A stretch of 64,000 nucleotides of DNA. It comes from Spongospora subterranea f. sp. subterranea (lineage: Eukaryota). Under the pieces are notes generated by a model, which saw nothing but the letters and a program-made list of their open reading frames with translations, did not search any database and had not been told where the DNA came from. Within the stretch, counting starts at the first letter, position 1, and every line of letters begins with the position of its first letter. Where the stretch lies: contig JAUGWO010000042.1 in NCBI GenBank assembly GCA_049724395.1, positions 186,001-250,000 on the forward strand, read 5' to 3'. Below, in pieces: positions 39,303-52,068 of the stretch. Position numbers and translations under genes: made by a program.

Positions 39303-41947
39303 ATGCTCGATATCCAGGCCAGCGATGATGACGAACCCAAACAGGGCCTGGTCACCACACCTTCCCAGGATTTCATACCGATCGAGGCACCAGATCCACC
39401 CGACGACAACAATATCGTGGTCGTGGTTCGAAAACGACCACAGAGTGTTCGCGAGAAGACGACGGGAGGGAAAGATGTGATCAAGGTGTTGGATGGGAAA
39501 TTAGTGGTGCTGATGGAAGCGGAATCGTCATCGTCGGATTTCCTACGCCACCACCGGACCCGCGAGAAGCAATACATGTTCGATCACGCGTTCGACGAGA
39601 CGTGCTCCCAGCGGCACGTCTACGAGAACACGACCAAGTTCCTGATCGACGCTGTGGCGTCCGGCTACAACGCCAGCGTGTTCGCTTATGGGTCAACGGG
39701 CGCCGGCAAGACCTACACCATGATCGGGACCAGTTCCCAGCCGGGGATCATGATCCTGGCGCTCGAGGACCTGTTCGCCCACGTATCGGCGCACCAGGAA
39801 TCGGTCTTCCGAATGGTGTTGTCGTACTTGGAGGTTTACAACGAGAACCTACGCGACCTATTGAAACCGTCGTCCACCACGCTCAGTCTACGAGAGGATC
39901 CGGTGAAGGGGATCCAGGTCGCCGGTCTTACCGAGTTTGTGGCGCACGACGCCCAGGAGGTTATGGAATTGCTCCATAAAGGGAACGCCAATCGAACAAC
40001 AGAGCCGACCGCCGCGTAATGCCCCCCTCGTTATGTTCAGATTGATATGGCATCTGTCGCTGAGGCCCGCCTTTTTCGCCATCTTGTTTTCAGAAATCAG
40101 ACCTCGTCTAGGTCCCACGCCGTCCTGCAGATCATCGTGGAGCAAAAGGATCGAATCCCGTCGACATTGGAGACGGTCCGGATAGGGAAGCTGTCATTGA
40201 TCGATCTGGCTGGATCGGAGAGGGCGGCGATCACACAGAATCGAGGAATCAGGATGATCGAAGGCGCTAATATCAATCGATCGCTATTAGCTCTTGGTAA
40301 TTGTATCACAGCTCTAGGCGCTAACTCCAACTTTGTCCCGTTCCGGTATGTCGGTCCCGATTTGCCATCTCCCTAGACCCTGATCTCGTGTGTTCGGCCA
40401 TCGTTCAGCGACTCAAAACTGACGCGCGTCCTGAAGGATTCGTTAGGTGGAAACACCCGAACGGTAAATCATCTTCATCATCGTCACGTTTTCCACCCGC
40501 CGTATCTGAGATTCGATTGCGATCAACACAGGTGATGATATCGAATGTGAGCCCGTGTGATTTATCGTTCGAAGACACACACAATACCCTGAAATACGCC
40601 AATCGCGCCAAGAACATTCGCACCCACGTTCGTAGCAATGTACTCGAGGTCTCCAATCATCTCGCCAAATACACCGATATCATCAGCGGATTACGTCGTG
40701 AGATCGCCTCCCTCAAATGTCAGATGCAAATATCGTCACTAATTCAGCAGCGACGATCGGGGTCGGGGTCGTTATCGCATCAACTGGAGTTAGAGCATTG
40801 GCTGTCGTCAAGGGATATGACGACGTGGACCGAAGCCAGGCAGAAGCTGCAGAGCATGTTCGAGCAGTGGAAACAAATCGCCGAGACCGTCAACACGGTG
40901 AAGATGAGGAACCTGGAGGCGGCGCGGAACCTGAGGAAGGCGAGGATACTGGAGCGGCTGGGCGAGCCAGTTGGGGGCGAGATCCACAGACTGGAGAAGG
41001 AGATTGCCGAAGGGAACCAGCAGATACAGAGGCTGAAGGACCAGGATCTGGCCATGAAGAAACGGGAGAACGATCTGCGAGGGGAGGTTGGGGCAGCGGG
41101 CGGTAATGGATCGCAGACGATATCACAGATATTGGATATGGAGATGGCCATGCATGGCCTCAAGGTCGACAATCTCAGACTGTGCCATGGCAGGACGGAA
41201 TCCGATCAAGGCAACGCCGACTGGATTGAGTCGCTGGAGGATCAGATCAGGATCAGGGATAAAGTCATATCCGATCAGGAGATGGCGCTTCATCAGGTTC
41301 AGGAGCGGAAGAGTGTTGAGATGAGCAGAGGGCGATCCGGTTCCGAGGATCCTGTTCCCGCATCGTCGGGTCAATGTAAATCATCGGATCCGGCGCCTTC
41401 ATCAGATCCTGTACCGTCCACGACCTCCGGAGCGGTTCGGGTTCCGAGACGGTTATCGATCAAGACCAGCACCGTTATCGATCATGGGTCTGGGTCGGGG
41501 GCCAGGAGAAGAAGGGCGTCGGCTGCGTTGCCCATCATCGCCACCCCCGTGAAGAAGGCAGTGAAGGGGAAAGAAGGGAGACGACGCGATGGAGAAGGGG
41601 AGAGGGAATCCCCTTCCACCATCAGACAGCCATCATTCGCCAAACCCGTCTCGTACCGTCCACCACGACCGCTGCACAATAAGTCTAGCGCCGCCAATCC
41701 CGACCCGATCCCCAATACGATGGCGCCATGGTCGACCCCGAAGCCATCGCGACGCCCTTCCATGGCGTCCAGCCGCGCCTCGTCCCATTCCAGTATCAAG
41801 TGCAGTACCGGGGAGAAATTGGACCAAGGTACAGGCGGGGGTGATGACGATGGCGGTTCAGGCCCAGCATCATATCATACTCGCCGGTTAAGGGCGAAAT
41901 ATGTGATTCCATCGGCAGTTCCCCGATCCCGAAGAAATTCATCGTAA
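39303..41947 (+). CDS. Kinesin-8 family motor (KIF18/KIF19-like), 4 exons
   Basis: FAYGSTGAGKTYTM, NQTSSRSHAVLQI, LSLIDLAGSERA, EGANINRSLLALGNCI, FEDTHNTLKYANRAKNI, followed by a coiled coil and a basic disordered tail. Confidence 0.95.
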
Positions 41948-42095
41948 ATTGGAAGAGAATTCCTCAAATAAATATCATAAACAGATGAAATAATCTGATT
42001 CGATTTATCCTCTCGAACGAAACCTGTTTAGTGAACTTGTTTCCTGATGTTTTATTGAGTTGTTATCGGTTAGATAATGATCGATTACAGATCAG

Positions 42096-42981
42096 CTAGA
42101 GAGATTGTTGGAGATCCGTTTGGGGCGATTCCGGTTGAGGGACAGCCTTCACCAACACGCTCCCGAACATTGGGAAGCTGGTCTCGATCCGTTTGATCAG
42201 ATCGGCTTCACTATTGCTGTTATACGTCCTCTTGAACGAGTTCGCCGAGACCACGTTCGACGTTGACGAGGAGTTGGCGATGTACGGCGTCGCCTGATCG
42301 CTAATCAGCCATGACGACACGTCCGATCGGGTCATGGCCGACGGTCCCGTCAACGCCGGGGCGGCGGCTGGAAGCGATTCGGGCAAACGCCGCTCGGATT
42401 CGTCATGGTAGAACACGCAACGCGATCCAAACGAGCACAATCCTGTTGACGAATATTGATTGCACTCAACGGTCTTGAACTTCGGATGGCGATTAACCTG
42501 TCGCAACTCTTGTTCTCCATGTCTAAACCAATACGAACACACATCGTCAGTTACCGTTGACCAGGGCCAGCGCCACAGCACTTACGCGAACTGGCATTTA
42601 GCGCCATATGGGCACGCGTTCGTTATCGACCACGATTTGCACAGTTCCGTCTTGTAGAGGTCCGTCTTGATATTGGATTGGGTCGAAGACTGACGAGATT
42701 GGGATGAGATTGGGTCAGGTCTGGTCAGAATCGAGCGGGACGATGACCCCCAGATACGGTCGGTGAGATATGGGGATCGGGTCGACACCGACGGCAAGGC
42801 GGTGACCGATCGGTTGATCGGGCCCGGGTGGCGTCAGGCTCCACGATGACGACGAGGGTCGGGATGACGATTGCATCTGGACCAGAGCCGCGTTCGATGT
42901 CGGACGGGAATGGGCCAAGAAGCATTTGTTGCCGTTCGGGCACTGGCCCGTTTTCGTGTAGGTTCGGCATGAGATCGACAT
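42096..42981 (-). CDS. CCCH zinc-finger RNA-binding protein (TIS11/ZFP36-like tandem fingers plus an N-terminal finger)
   Basis: CRTYTKTGQCPNGNKCFLAH; YKTELCKSWSITNACPYGAKCQFA|HG; FKTVECNQYSSTGLCSFGSRCVFYH. Confidence 0.9.
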
Positions 42982-43322
42982 TATTGATCGACGAGAAGAG
43001 ATATTGAAGGGGAATATAAGGGAATCCAAGCTATATAAACTGGGGCCAAGATCGATTTCTTATGAGATAGTCTTTGCAATTTCAGGAATGATGATTCCAT
43101 GGCGTCTGATGGGCGATAGCACTATAGCCCCAAACATTCCGATCAGGGTGACTCAACGTCATCGGCTGAATTGATGAGGCTGAACAGGGATCTCCGCCCC
43201 AGGTTCCGGATCACCCCGTCGGTGATTCAACCGATTTCCCCCTGGCTTAAACCGGGTAAAAAACAACCGAGCTATAATTCGGGTCCCAACTATAGGGATT
43301 GTGTACCCGATATTGATCAGGA

Positions 43323-43838
43323 ATGTCCCAGAGAGATGGCGCGATCCTGAACCGGGTGTTGATGGATGGGAGTCAGGGGGCGTTAGGACCACGATCATGG
43401 GATCGTATGTTCAGCACATTACGATCGATCAGGGCGGATTCTGATCGTGATCCACCTGAACCGCCATCCCCTACTATTGAGCCCGTCTCCTCTGCCCCTG
43501 AAATTGAGCCTGTTTCCCCTCCACTGGATTATCGCCATTTATCGGGTGATGGTCGCCCAGTTTACCCGGTTCATCTATCCGTTGCCCAATCGATGCCATT
43601 ATCATCATCGTCTCCATCTGAGATTGCCCTTGGCCAGTTAATTGCTAGCTATCGATATCGGAAGAAACTTGAACGTGATCATCCATTTGATCAGGACATG
43701 TTTAAGATCACGAAACCCGTCCAGCCAATATACCAACGATTAAAGCAAGACCTCGTCAGTCTGCGACATAAAATGGGCAGGATTCCTAATCGCCATCATG
43801 ATAATCATCTCCAGCGCCAAAACAGCAGAAATAAATGA
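43323..43838 (+). CDS. Hypothetical Pro/Ser-rich protein
   Basis: 171-aa ATG-initiated ORF filling the gap between two genes; no recognised motif. Confidence 0.5.
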   Translation: MSQRDGAILNRVLMDGSQGALGPRSWDRMFSTLRSIRADSDRDPPEPPSPTIEPVSSAPEIEPVSPPLDYRHLSGDGRPVYPVHLSVAQSMPLSSSSPSEIALGQLIASYRYRKKLERDHPFDQDMFKITKPVQPIYQRLKQDLVSLRHKMGRIPNRHHDNHLQRQNSRNK

Positions 43839-43951
43839 ATTTCGGTTCAACAACTACAACCGAAAGGGGATCGCTCATGATGTGGAAATGACCTGGGCTT
43901 CGATGATTTATATAGACAGATGAACATAGAAGAAAGGATGTAGAATATGAA

Positions 43952-45425
43952 TCAGGATGAGGACATCCGTTTGGCTAAGTATTCACGTGCTGATGAGCCA
44001 GACACTTTTACATGATCCAACGCGTCTACAAAGTCATCGAACGCGAGTGGCCTTGGCTGCAAATTACGTTCATCTCCATTGTCACTGGATAAAAGAGCGA
44101 CATCGGACATGGATGGAGGCGCCGTTGCTGCCAACTGGTCGCGTTTTTTCCGCAAAACTTCCCGAATTGGAACCATTGCGGCGAACCGGCACCATTCTTT
44201 CAGATCGCTACCGGAATACGAGGCAGTCATTTGCGAGAGAACTTCAATATTGACTGTCTCATTCATCGTTTCCTCCGCCAATAATACCTTCAGGATAGAT
44301 TGTCGTTCAAGTTCATTTGGCAGGCTAAATTCAAAAGTCCTGGGCATCCTGCGTAGAATAGCCTGATTTCCAACAATGAATAATGCGTTTACAGGAACTC
44401 ATAGGGAAAAATATACCTCATCAAGATCGTATGGTCGGTTCGTAGCGCATAACACCAAAATGTGACTCGTGACATCAGAATCAGTCATTAACCCATCCCA
44501 AAGTGACATGAACTCTGCTTTTAATCCATTGGTCTCGGAACAGTCACCGACAGCGGATCGCTGACCCAAAAAACATTCGGCTTCGTCTATGAAGACAATT
44601 GAAGGGGCTAGTTTATGTGCTAAAGAGAAGCACGCTCGAACCTGTAAGATCATATCAGCCATTTATATCAAATCTCCTCTGATTTTACCATTTTTTGGCT
44701 TTCCCCATACCACTTGTTTTTTATTGTTGACCAGCGAAGATTAATAAACGTCGCACCTGAATCCTTAGCGATTGCCTTCGCTGTCATTGTCTTACCTGGA
44801 GAAAAGAAAGTCAAGATTTGGAATGTAACTTAGGAAGGTCTCCACACCTGTTCCTGGAGGACCATAGAACATAACGCCTCGCGGTGGCGATACCAGATTC
44901 CTACGTTGCCAATGACCATCGCCATCTTGGCGTGCAAACAATTCAGGATGAGACAACCTGATAAAACTGTTGGTATGGGAAAAACCTAGCGGCAAGGTGA
45001 CATTTACGGGATCAACACAGTTTCAATAAGCTGCGCCTTGATAGCTTCAAGACCACCGATGCTTTTGAAATCAACATTAATGTCGGCAGGCATGGTAACA
45101 TCCCCGACTAGGACTTTCTCATAGGAATCGAGTTCCAAATTTTTGCCCCTTTCTCCTAACCGGGATATAGCCGCTTTAGCAGCCGCTTCCGTCTGCAAGC
45201 ACAGTTAATCGGAGTGCCGAATTCAAAATTGGATTTCACCTGCTTGGAATTTTTGGAAGGATCTACATTTGATATGACCCGTTTCGTTATCCAATACATT
45301 AGAGCAGAGGCGAAGGCGGTTGTCAGAAGATCGAACGCGAACGTTTTGAAGTCTTTTGAATGGACATGCTGAATTGCTGGTTGGTCAGGAGTAACTGCGA
45401 TCGGTTTGGCCGGTGAGCTCCCCAT
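43952..45425 (-). CDS. ATAD1: AAA+ ATPase Msp1/ATAD1 family, multi-exon
   Basis: N-terminal TM helix, [78 protein letters not shown]. Confidence 0.92.
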
Positions 45426-45499
45426 TGACCAGATGTCCTCCCTGTGCGACACCCGTAAAGTTCAAAAATCCCAAATTCCAAATGGTGACAATGACCATG

Positions 45500-45712
45500 A
45501 CGAGCGTAAAATCGGCCTCCTGCTTGGACAAGTGGCTCGGCCTCCTTGACAGTTGTGTCACTTGTGTGTGCCATACGAGCGTAAGCCCGGCCTCCTGTAT
45601 CGCTCGACTGGAGCGGCTCGGCCTCCTTGACAGTTGGACTGGAGTGGCCCGGCCTCCTGTATCGCTGGAGTGGACTGGAGCGGCTCGGCCTCCTTCATAG
45701 TTGGACGGCCTT
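45500..45712. repeat. Degenerate GC-rich tandem repeat built on CGGCCTCC, upstream of ATAD1
   Basis: Six cggcctcc cores, with recurring gactggagcggctcggcctcctt and ttgacagttg. Confidence 0.75.
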
Positions 45713-45744
45713 CTATCAACACTCCGCAATATAGGCTAAAAATA

Positions 45745-46101
45745 CAGTAAAAACTTTTTTAATCTATGGTAAAAATGGGTTTGGGGGAAGCAAAATAATT
45801 GGGGTTGGAGAGGTCTTATTTCTTATATGCACTTAGGTGTATCTTTGTTGCCAGTTGTACACTTAAGTGTATCTCCGTGACAGTCACAGACCTTCAGTTA
45901 CACTCAAACAGACGGGGTGATGGTCAACGGAGCCAAGGGCTTGCCCTCATTACAAGTTCCAGGGGGCATCCGGGACCACGTAAGTAGCATCTACAGTGCG
46001 TCCAAGACTCAAAAATAGGTAACTTGAGATATTTAAGATTTTTTCCCAAAAAAGTGGGATTCGGGGCTTTTTCAAAAGAGTCTCAGTAAGAGTTTTTACT
46101 G
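45745..46101. mobile_element. 357-bp MITE of Tc1/mariner-pogo type
   Basis: TA-CAGTAAAAACT ... AGTTTTTACTG-TA (11-bp TIR with TA target duplication), non-coding. A second diverged copy lies at 6463-6793. Confidence 0.9.
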
Positions 46102-47745
46102 TATAGTTCTAGCAAACCATCAGTCCATCTAACCTCGGCGTCCAGGCCGAGTTTATGTCTCATATCCAAGCACGACGCACACCAACTCTCTTTCGCCTTG
46201 GCATTGAAAATCCTTGCGTGTCTTGACATGTACTGGTATGGCTCTAGAGCTAGCCCTGATGACCATATGGTCTGATTACGCTCGGAACTTCTTCCTGATT
46301 TTCAAGGTTTTTTCCTGATTTCAAGGCGAAATATCCTTGGAATCAAAAACTTTCAGACAGTAAAACTCATTTCCTTGAAGGAGTTAGCCAAAAACTGCAC
46401 AACCTGGGCTTCGTCAACGCTCTTAGGTTCTTTTGACTTTGAATGACGACCCAGGAATCGCTACTTGGGATCAACGTCACCGACCACTCAGCAGTATTTA
46501 AGAACGAAGAAGTCGAAGAGGACTATCGTAGATGAAGAGTTCTTGTCGGTTAACGATGAAAGATACTTTTTGCAGAATGGTCAAATCTGTAACACTGCCC
46601 AATATGAAAGCTCGGAGGAACGACGACAGCCTTCTGCTCAGCGAAGCGCGAACGGAATTTCACACCTTCTATGCCCGGGTTCGCGAACACTTGAAAATTG
46701 CGATTACCAGCAACGTCGAATGATTTCTTCAACATTTGCTGGAGCCGATCTTGCTTCAACTGTTTCAGCTTACTGGTGCTGGTATGACCGACGCGGCAAA
46801 GGCTGTCAAGACGTCAATAGCGTGTCTAAAAACATGAAGATCAACTTCCGCTCTCTGTCGCCGCTGGCTTCAATTGCGATTCGATTCATTCTTTACATCT
46901 GAGTTGAACGCCCACTACCATATTTCGCCTGCTCCAGATTGAAAGCAACCTCGCTTCGTTTTTTTAGTTCTCAAGCTATCGTTAAACGGATCGTTCATCT
47001 GGGGTTCAAATGCGTTTTCGAAGACTGAATTTCAATGCTTTTGTGGATTTGACTAGAGTGGATATCTGTCCAAGTGGTGAACGCTCTATGCCGAATGCAT
47101 CGCTCGCCACCGCCCTTGCGTTCCGAAGCAGAGTGATGGCATCAATCTGCGCCTTGACTACTCTCTTCCTCATGGCCGCATCTTGTTGCCATCGCAACTG
47201 GGATGCTTTGTTCTCCCAGATCGAGGAACGTGATGTCATTGGACTGGTGCTTAACAACAAGCCTTCGCTTGTGACAAGAGTAAGAACACCTTTACTGCAG
47301 GGATGAAAGGCATGAACAGCACTTTTGACCGCAACAGCAATAGGTGTCTTGAAGTAAATCAACTACAATAGAGATTTCTGTTTCTGCTGAGTAAAATTTA
47401 AACGAGACATGTAACTGACGGAAACACAGTCAGAAGAATATGACCAATGGCGTACGTCAAAGATTCGGCGAGACCAGGGTCTATGGAAATGTCCACCTCA
47501 GCTCAATGGAGCCAGGTACATCAATCTCGTTTGAAACAGCAGCAATCATAAGTTGCTTTCTTGCAGCAAACCATCAACTTCCTTGTCTGGTTCCCTACAT
47601 TTTGAGAATAGAGAAGGGCGCGAATGATCGTAAAAATCGACCATCAAAGGGGGATTCCTTTATTGTCCCCTATTTGTAGTATCCCCTAGTATCAAGGTCG
47701 TTACGAGACTACACATAACTTTATAATGATATAGATTCTGTTCAT

Positions 47746-48801
47746 TCAATACAAATATGATAAAGCAAATCCAAGAACTGCAATTATCGCAACAATGGCA
47801 AGCCGGTCCGTGATATCTGCTGCTGTCCATCTTGTGCCAGATTGATTATCGTTCTGTGTACCGTGCTTGGGATCTCTCGAGCTCGGTTCATCAGCTTCTG
47901 CTTTTTGTTCCAAAGCTGCTTGTAACCTTGTTTGATATACCTGTGATACTATTATCGGGCAGAACAACTTCACATCATATGAACCAACCTCTTGATAATG
48001 AGGGAAAAGCTTGATGAATATGGGATTTTTGAGATTGACCTGTAAAGATTCCGCTGCCAGCTCTTTTTTGGTGTTCTGAATTGAAGGAAACAACTCATTA
48101 CTACATCAGATAGCACGTCCATTTGAAAATAAATCGTACCAATGACGTATTAACACTACCGAATGTGGGAGTTGTATCAGTCATGAATGATAGCAATCCA
48201 GAAAGAATCGATGCAACGCTCCATAAACAGCTCCATTCTAGAAAGCCGTGCAATCGTTAATGTCCAAACGTAACAAAGAGGAGAGATAACCTTCTGGATG
48301 GAAATCGCTCATCGACAAACAGAGCCTCGTATTAACCTGAAACCGCCCACTGGGCGTTATCATGAATATGCTAGTATAATAAACTTTAGCTTTGAACAAA
48401 TGTTATGTACTATACAACTTGCACCTGGGGGGTTTATAAGGGTCTGAGTTCTATGTTAGCAATAGATATATAGAACAAAACGTTGCACACACATTCCGAT
48501 GGAAACTTAATCTTGCCATGATAAACACCACCTTCGTATGGGGTGTCTTCAGGACCGTTAATACAGTAATGCCACTCTAATATATTCGATTCCAAAGGAA
48601 CCGCTTCTATGTTAGGTACCGGCTCCTGACATATATAAGACCAGTTGATACCATCAATACTATTAGAATCTCACTGCTTGAAGTTTTTTGAACTCTTTAC
48701 GTAGTCTTCGCTGAAACAGCATACATTAGAATTACCAAAAGACTCAGAAGCAACTCGAAATTCTGTTGACTAACAAGGCATGCAGCTGAAGGCGGAGCCA
48801 T
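47746..48801 (-). CDS. UBC6: Tail-anchored ubiquitin-conjugating enzyme (Ubc6/UBE2J2), multi-exon with micro-exons
   Basis: [65 protein letters not shown]-terminal [20 protein letters not shown]. Confidence 0.93.
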
Positions 48802-49473
48802 TGCCCAAGGTCAGGCTACGTCGAGAACCTATTTAAACCTCCTGCAAGAAATGGGCACGTGCGTAGGAGCCGGAAGGTGGATAAGACCCGATGGTATCAT
48901 CATGACGGGAAGGCCGCGCCCCAGCCACATCCCTGTCTGACTGACCGTGCTGGAGGGTCCATCACCCCTGACCAATAACGGCGACCGGCGACGGGAACTC
49001 TGCCGACTCTGGGTCCGATTGTTCGCATCCTCTTGGCTGATCAAAGTTCACGCTGGGGGTATAATCGGTGCGATAGTGTGCTCGGAAATTCACAACACGA
49101 ACTAACCCGGTTCAGTTTTGAGGGCAAGTTCAGCAAGTTGAAAATATTGATGGCCTGTTGTCGATTATGCCATCCCTTCATCATAACGATTACTTCGTCA
49201 AGATGGCTATAGAGCGCCTGACAGATTTTCACCATTTTTCAACGTTGATTACCTATAATATTGTTGCCTCAAGCGCGTTTGAACGTTGAAGTTTTGGCTG
49301 CGGTTTGAATTTCCGGAATATTTCGCCACATGTTTTTGTTTCTTTGGTCATTCTACGATTATCATCGACAGTATATTTGAAGGCGTTTATTATATGAATT
49401 TTGCAATTAATCCTGGTGCATTGCGCCATTCACTTGTCAGCACCAATCATACCCTGAAGTGCTAATAAAACTA

Positions 49474-50021
49474 CTACTTGAGTAAGCGAAGAGCTTTGAA
49501 TAATGGTTTTAGTATTCTCCTTGGATATGGTGCTGTGCAAAGACACGTATTGATATTCTCTGGTTTTTCCTCCTGGATCAGAACCTTAGAATCATCCAAT
49601 TGGAGCGAAACGACTCTTTACCCAAACAACATGACGGATTGACTTCTCTGTCAACTTCAAAGACACTCCGATCAGGGAATCATTTCCTGACACTCCCAAC
49701 ACGACTTTGTGCATTTGGTCATGACTCTCATTCTGGGGAGATATTCCTTCCAAATATGATTTCACATTGGGTTCATTCAGATTGCTGAATATGGCGGCGA
49801 CAGAAGCTGGAACACCCATGTCAATCAACAACACGATATAAGCACATTGATACCATGAGCCCCTTGAGCGATAAGCGACCCAGTTGACCATCCCATTGTC
49901 TAAACACGATCACAAAGGCATTTATCCGACTGTTGGTCATCGTGTCGATTCCAACCTCAACTAGATCACTTCGCATCACTATATACTGAACAAGTACGTT
50001 ATCAGGGTCCGAACTGATCAT
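49474..50021 (-). CDS. PTRHD1: Peptidyl-tRNA hydrolase domain protein (PTRHD1), multi-exon
   Basis: LVQYIVMRSDL...WSTGSLIAQGAH|ASVAAI...QMHKVVL...W|..QEENQ/ENINTCLCTAPYPRRILKPLFKALRLLK*. Confidence 0.88.
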
Positions 50022-50279
50022 ATCTCGGCTACTATTCAGTCGTTCCGACTTCAATTGGATCAACAACTTCACGACACTGTGTTCTTTCTTCTGGAGCGCA
50101 AAACAAATGTCCGGAAACCGGATTTGGAAACACGTCAAATCAGAACTCAAATCAGATCGCAATTGGTAAAACTCTCAGTGACCGTTCACTTGCACTATAC
50201 AGCTAAGTGAATGAGATGGCTTTCTTGAAAGGCCCAAAGGATGCTGAATAAGGGGTAGATTTCAAACCAGCTCGCGATT

Positions 50280-50900
50280 TGTTTGCTCGTTTACAATTAC
50301 ATTCAAATTAGCGCTTCTTGTTTTCGATGTTTGAATCAGTTATTCGTTTTCTGGTTTCCATTCCTTGCCAAGCTCGCTGAGTCTTGGTGGATCTTATCAG
50401 CGTTCCTTAACAACACTCCTCCGATATATCTGAAATCATTGAGCCTGTGTGCATTGGCAATGTACACGGAGTCCATTCTGCAAGCATTTCCTCGATTGTT
50501 TTGAGCGTCGCCTACAACAGAATGGTGCAGAAATCCATGCACTCATACATCTATTTCATTCTTAGAAGCAAGGTGGGACCCATTCGTCAGCAAGTTCACA
50601 GGGGCTCGACCGACAATGTGTTCATTCACCTGTCGTTATTTACATACACAACTCTCAGAATTCTGTCTCTCACCGCTTTCACAGTTGGTTTAGCGTGATT
50701 TAAAAAATTGCATGAGCGGCCTACAAAATTGAGGTTAGGTGCACAAGGGGTTTCCATCGTGTGTTAATTCAAGGGAATGAAACACGATTCTGCTGTGTAG
50801 AACACCCTATTGAGAAGGGGCATTCAAAATCGAAACAGTGTCCACGACGTGTCTGATCAAACACGTCCTGGACAGACGAAGCTGCTGAATATTACATAAC
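50280..50900 (+). mobile_element. Heavily decayed IS630/Tc1-like transposase relic
   Basis: Fragments DNVFIH (~50612) and HPIEKGHSKSKQ (~50803) resemble the DNAxIH and NPIExxFSKxK motifs; multiple stops. Confidence 0.45.
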
Positions 50901-51133
50901 TGACCTAACAACTGGCGGATAGAAAAATAAACCAATCGTTGGAAGAAATAGAGCAAATTTGCATTTTCTCCTCACTTATTTACAGTGACGCGTTTACCGC
51001 ACGAACGCCATAGCCAGAACAGTTTCCGCCATAAGCGATGATTCTAGCCCATAGCGTGGTGATGAGGAGCGTTATCACAAATCTGAGTTTGATTTTGCGG
51101 GTCTGAACCTATGATTAGGTGGATATTAGGGAA

Positions 51134-51926
51134 ATGAGTCTAATAGTCGCTGTTTTACTGGTGTCCTTGTTGCTATTTCTCATTCGATGTTGTTTATCAA
51201 GCTATTTGAATGCTGCTCTCGTTTCGCACATTCTTTGCAGTCTCATCGCTGTAATCCGAATATGATCAATTAACGGAACGTTTAAATGTCGACGACAATA
51301 GTCTTTATCATTGCCAGAGTGAGATTATAAAGATGTAATTACACATAGCTGTTTGCCAGATGAATCCCATTACTTCGTGAGACTGAGGTGGTTTTATACT
51401 TGTGATACAGTCCATTATAGCATGTAGTTGACAGGCTCATTGTTGTGGTTGATTCCTTCGATGGTTTGACATGTTGTGATCGATGTGGTGATTACACGCA
51501 CCTTTACCGATAGACCATCCTATATTGAACCGGATCATAATCGACGACAGGATCTGGATGGGCCCTACCTCGCCCTTGGATGACGTCGTTCAAGCATCAT
51601 TCGCCGCTATTGAAACCATGAGGCTTCCTATGAATAACCCAATCTATCGGGAGGAATTGCAACGGCGATGGGACCATCAACGCGACTGCCATCACAAACT
51701 AGTAGAGTATCTATCGTTTACGGATGGTAAACCGGAAAACGATTTTTTGGAAGATGAACAATATAGATCAAAGTTGTTATTGGTAGTTAAGACAGCTATC
51801 AATGCCGTCTCCGTTATTAATATGATTTCTTAGGAGATTAACAAAGGGAATGACGTGATCATGGAAATGGTGAAAAGGCTGCAGCTGTTGGAGAAAACTA
51901 TAATCTTATGTCAATCAAACAAATAA
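51134..51926 (+). CDS. Small multi-exon protein with a predicted signal peptide (possibly disrupted)
   Basis: MSLIVAVLLVSLLLFLIR start. GT-AG introns link EYDQLTERL..., ESHYFVRLR, LIVVVDSFD, ORF 51525 and EINKG...QSNK*. An in-frame TAA at 51252 is unresolved. Confidence 0.45.
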
Positions 51927-52068
51927 ATACCTCAAAGAGATCAAGTACCTTCCATGGTTATTCTCAGATGGATCCCGATGATGTGGGGACAATACGATGG
52001 TTGAATATCTCATTTCAATGCACAGGAATATATAAATATTTCCCAATTATGTATAAAATTCTTGTGAA

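Noticed and set aside
39481..41891. Many overlapping alternative-frame and antisense ORFs in the kinesin gene
   Set aside because: These are expected shadows of GC-rich coding sequence.
42725..42830. Frameshift in the CCCH gene between ORFs 42715..43029 and 42582..42797
   Set aside because: A 37-nt GT-AG intron with a CTGAC branch site (gtatctggg...ctgaccag) restores the frame, so no frameshift is needed.
46105..47700. Short ORFs on both strands next to the MITE
   Set aside because: Frames are broken by stops, with no recognisable motif or consistent splice pattern. Probably decayed gene or TE sequence; not assignable.
48810..49075. GC-rich stretch upstream of UBC6 as a structured ncRNA (RNase P/MRP, snRNA)
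   Set aside because: I could not find the conserved boxes on either strand; an Infernal/Rfam search would be needed.
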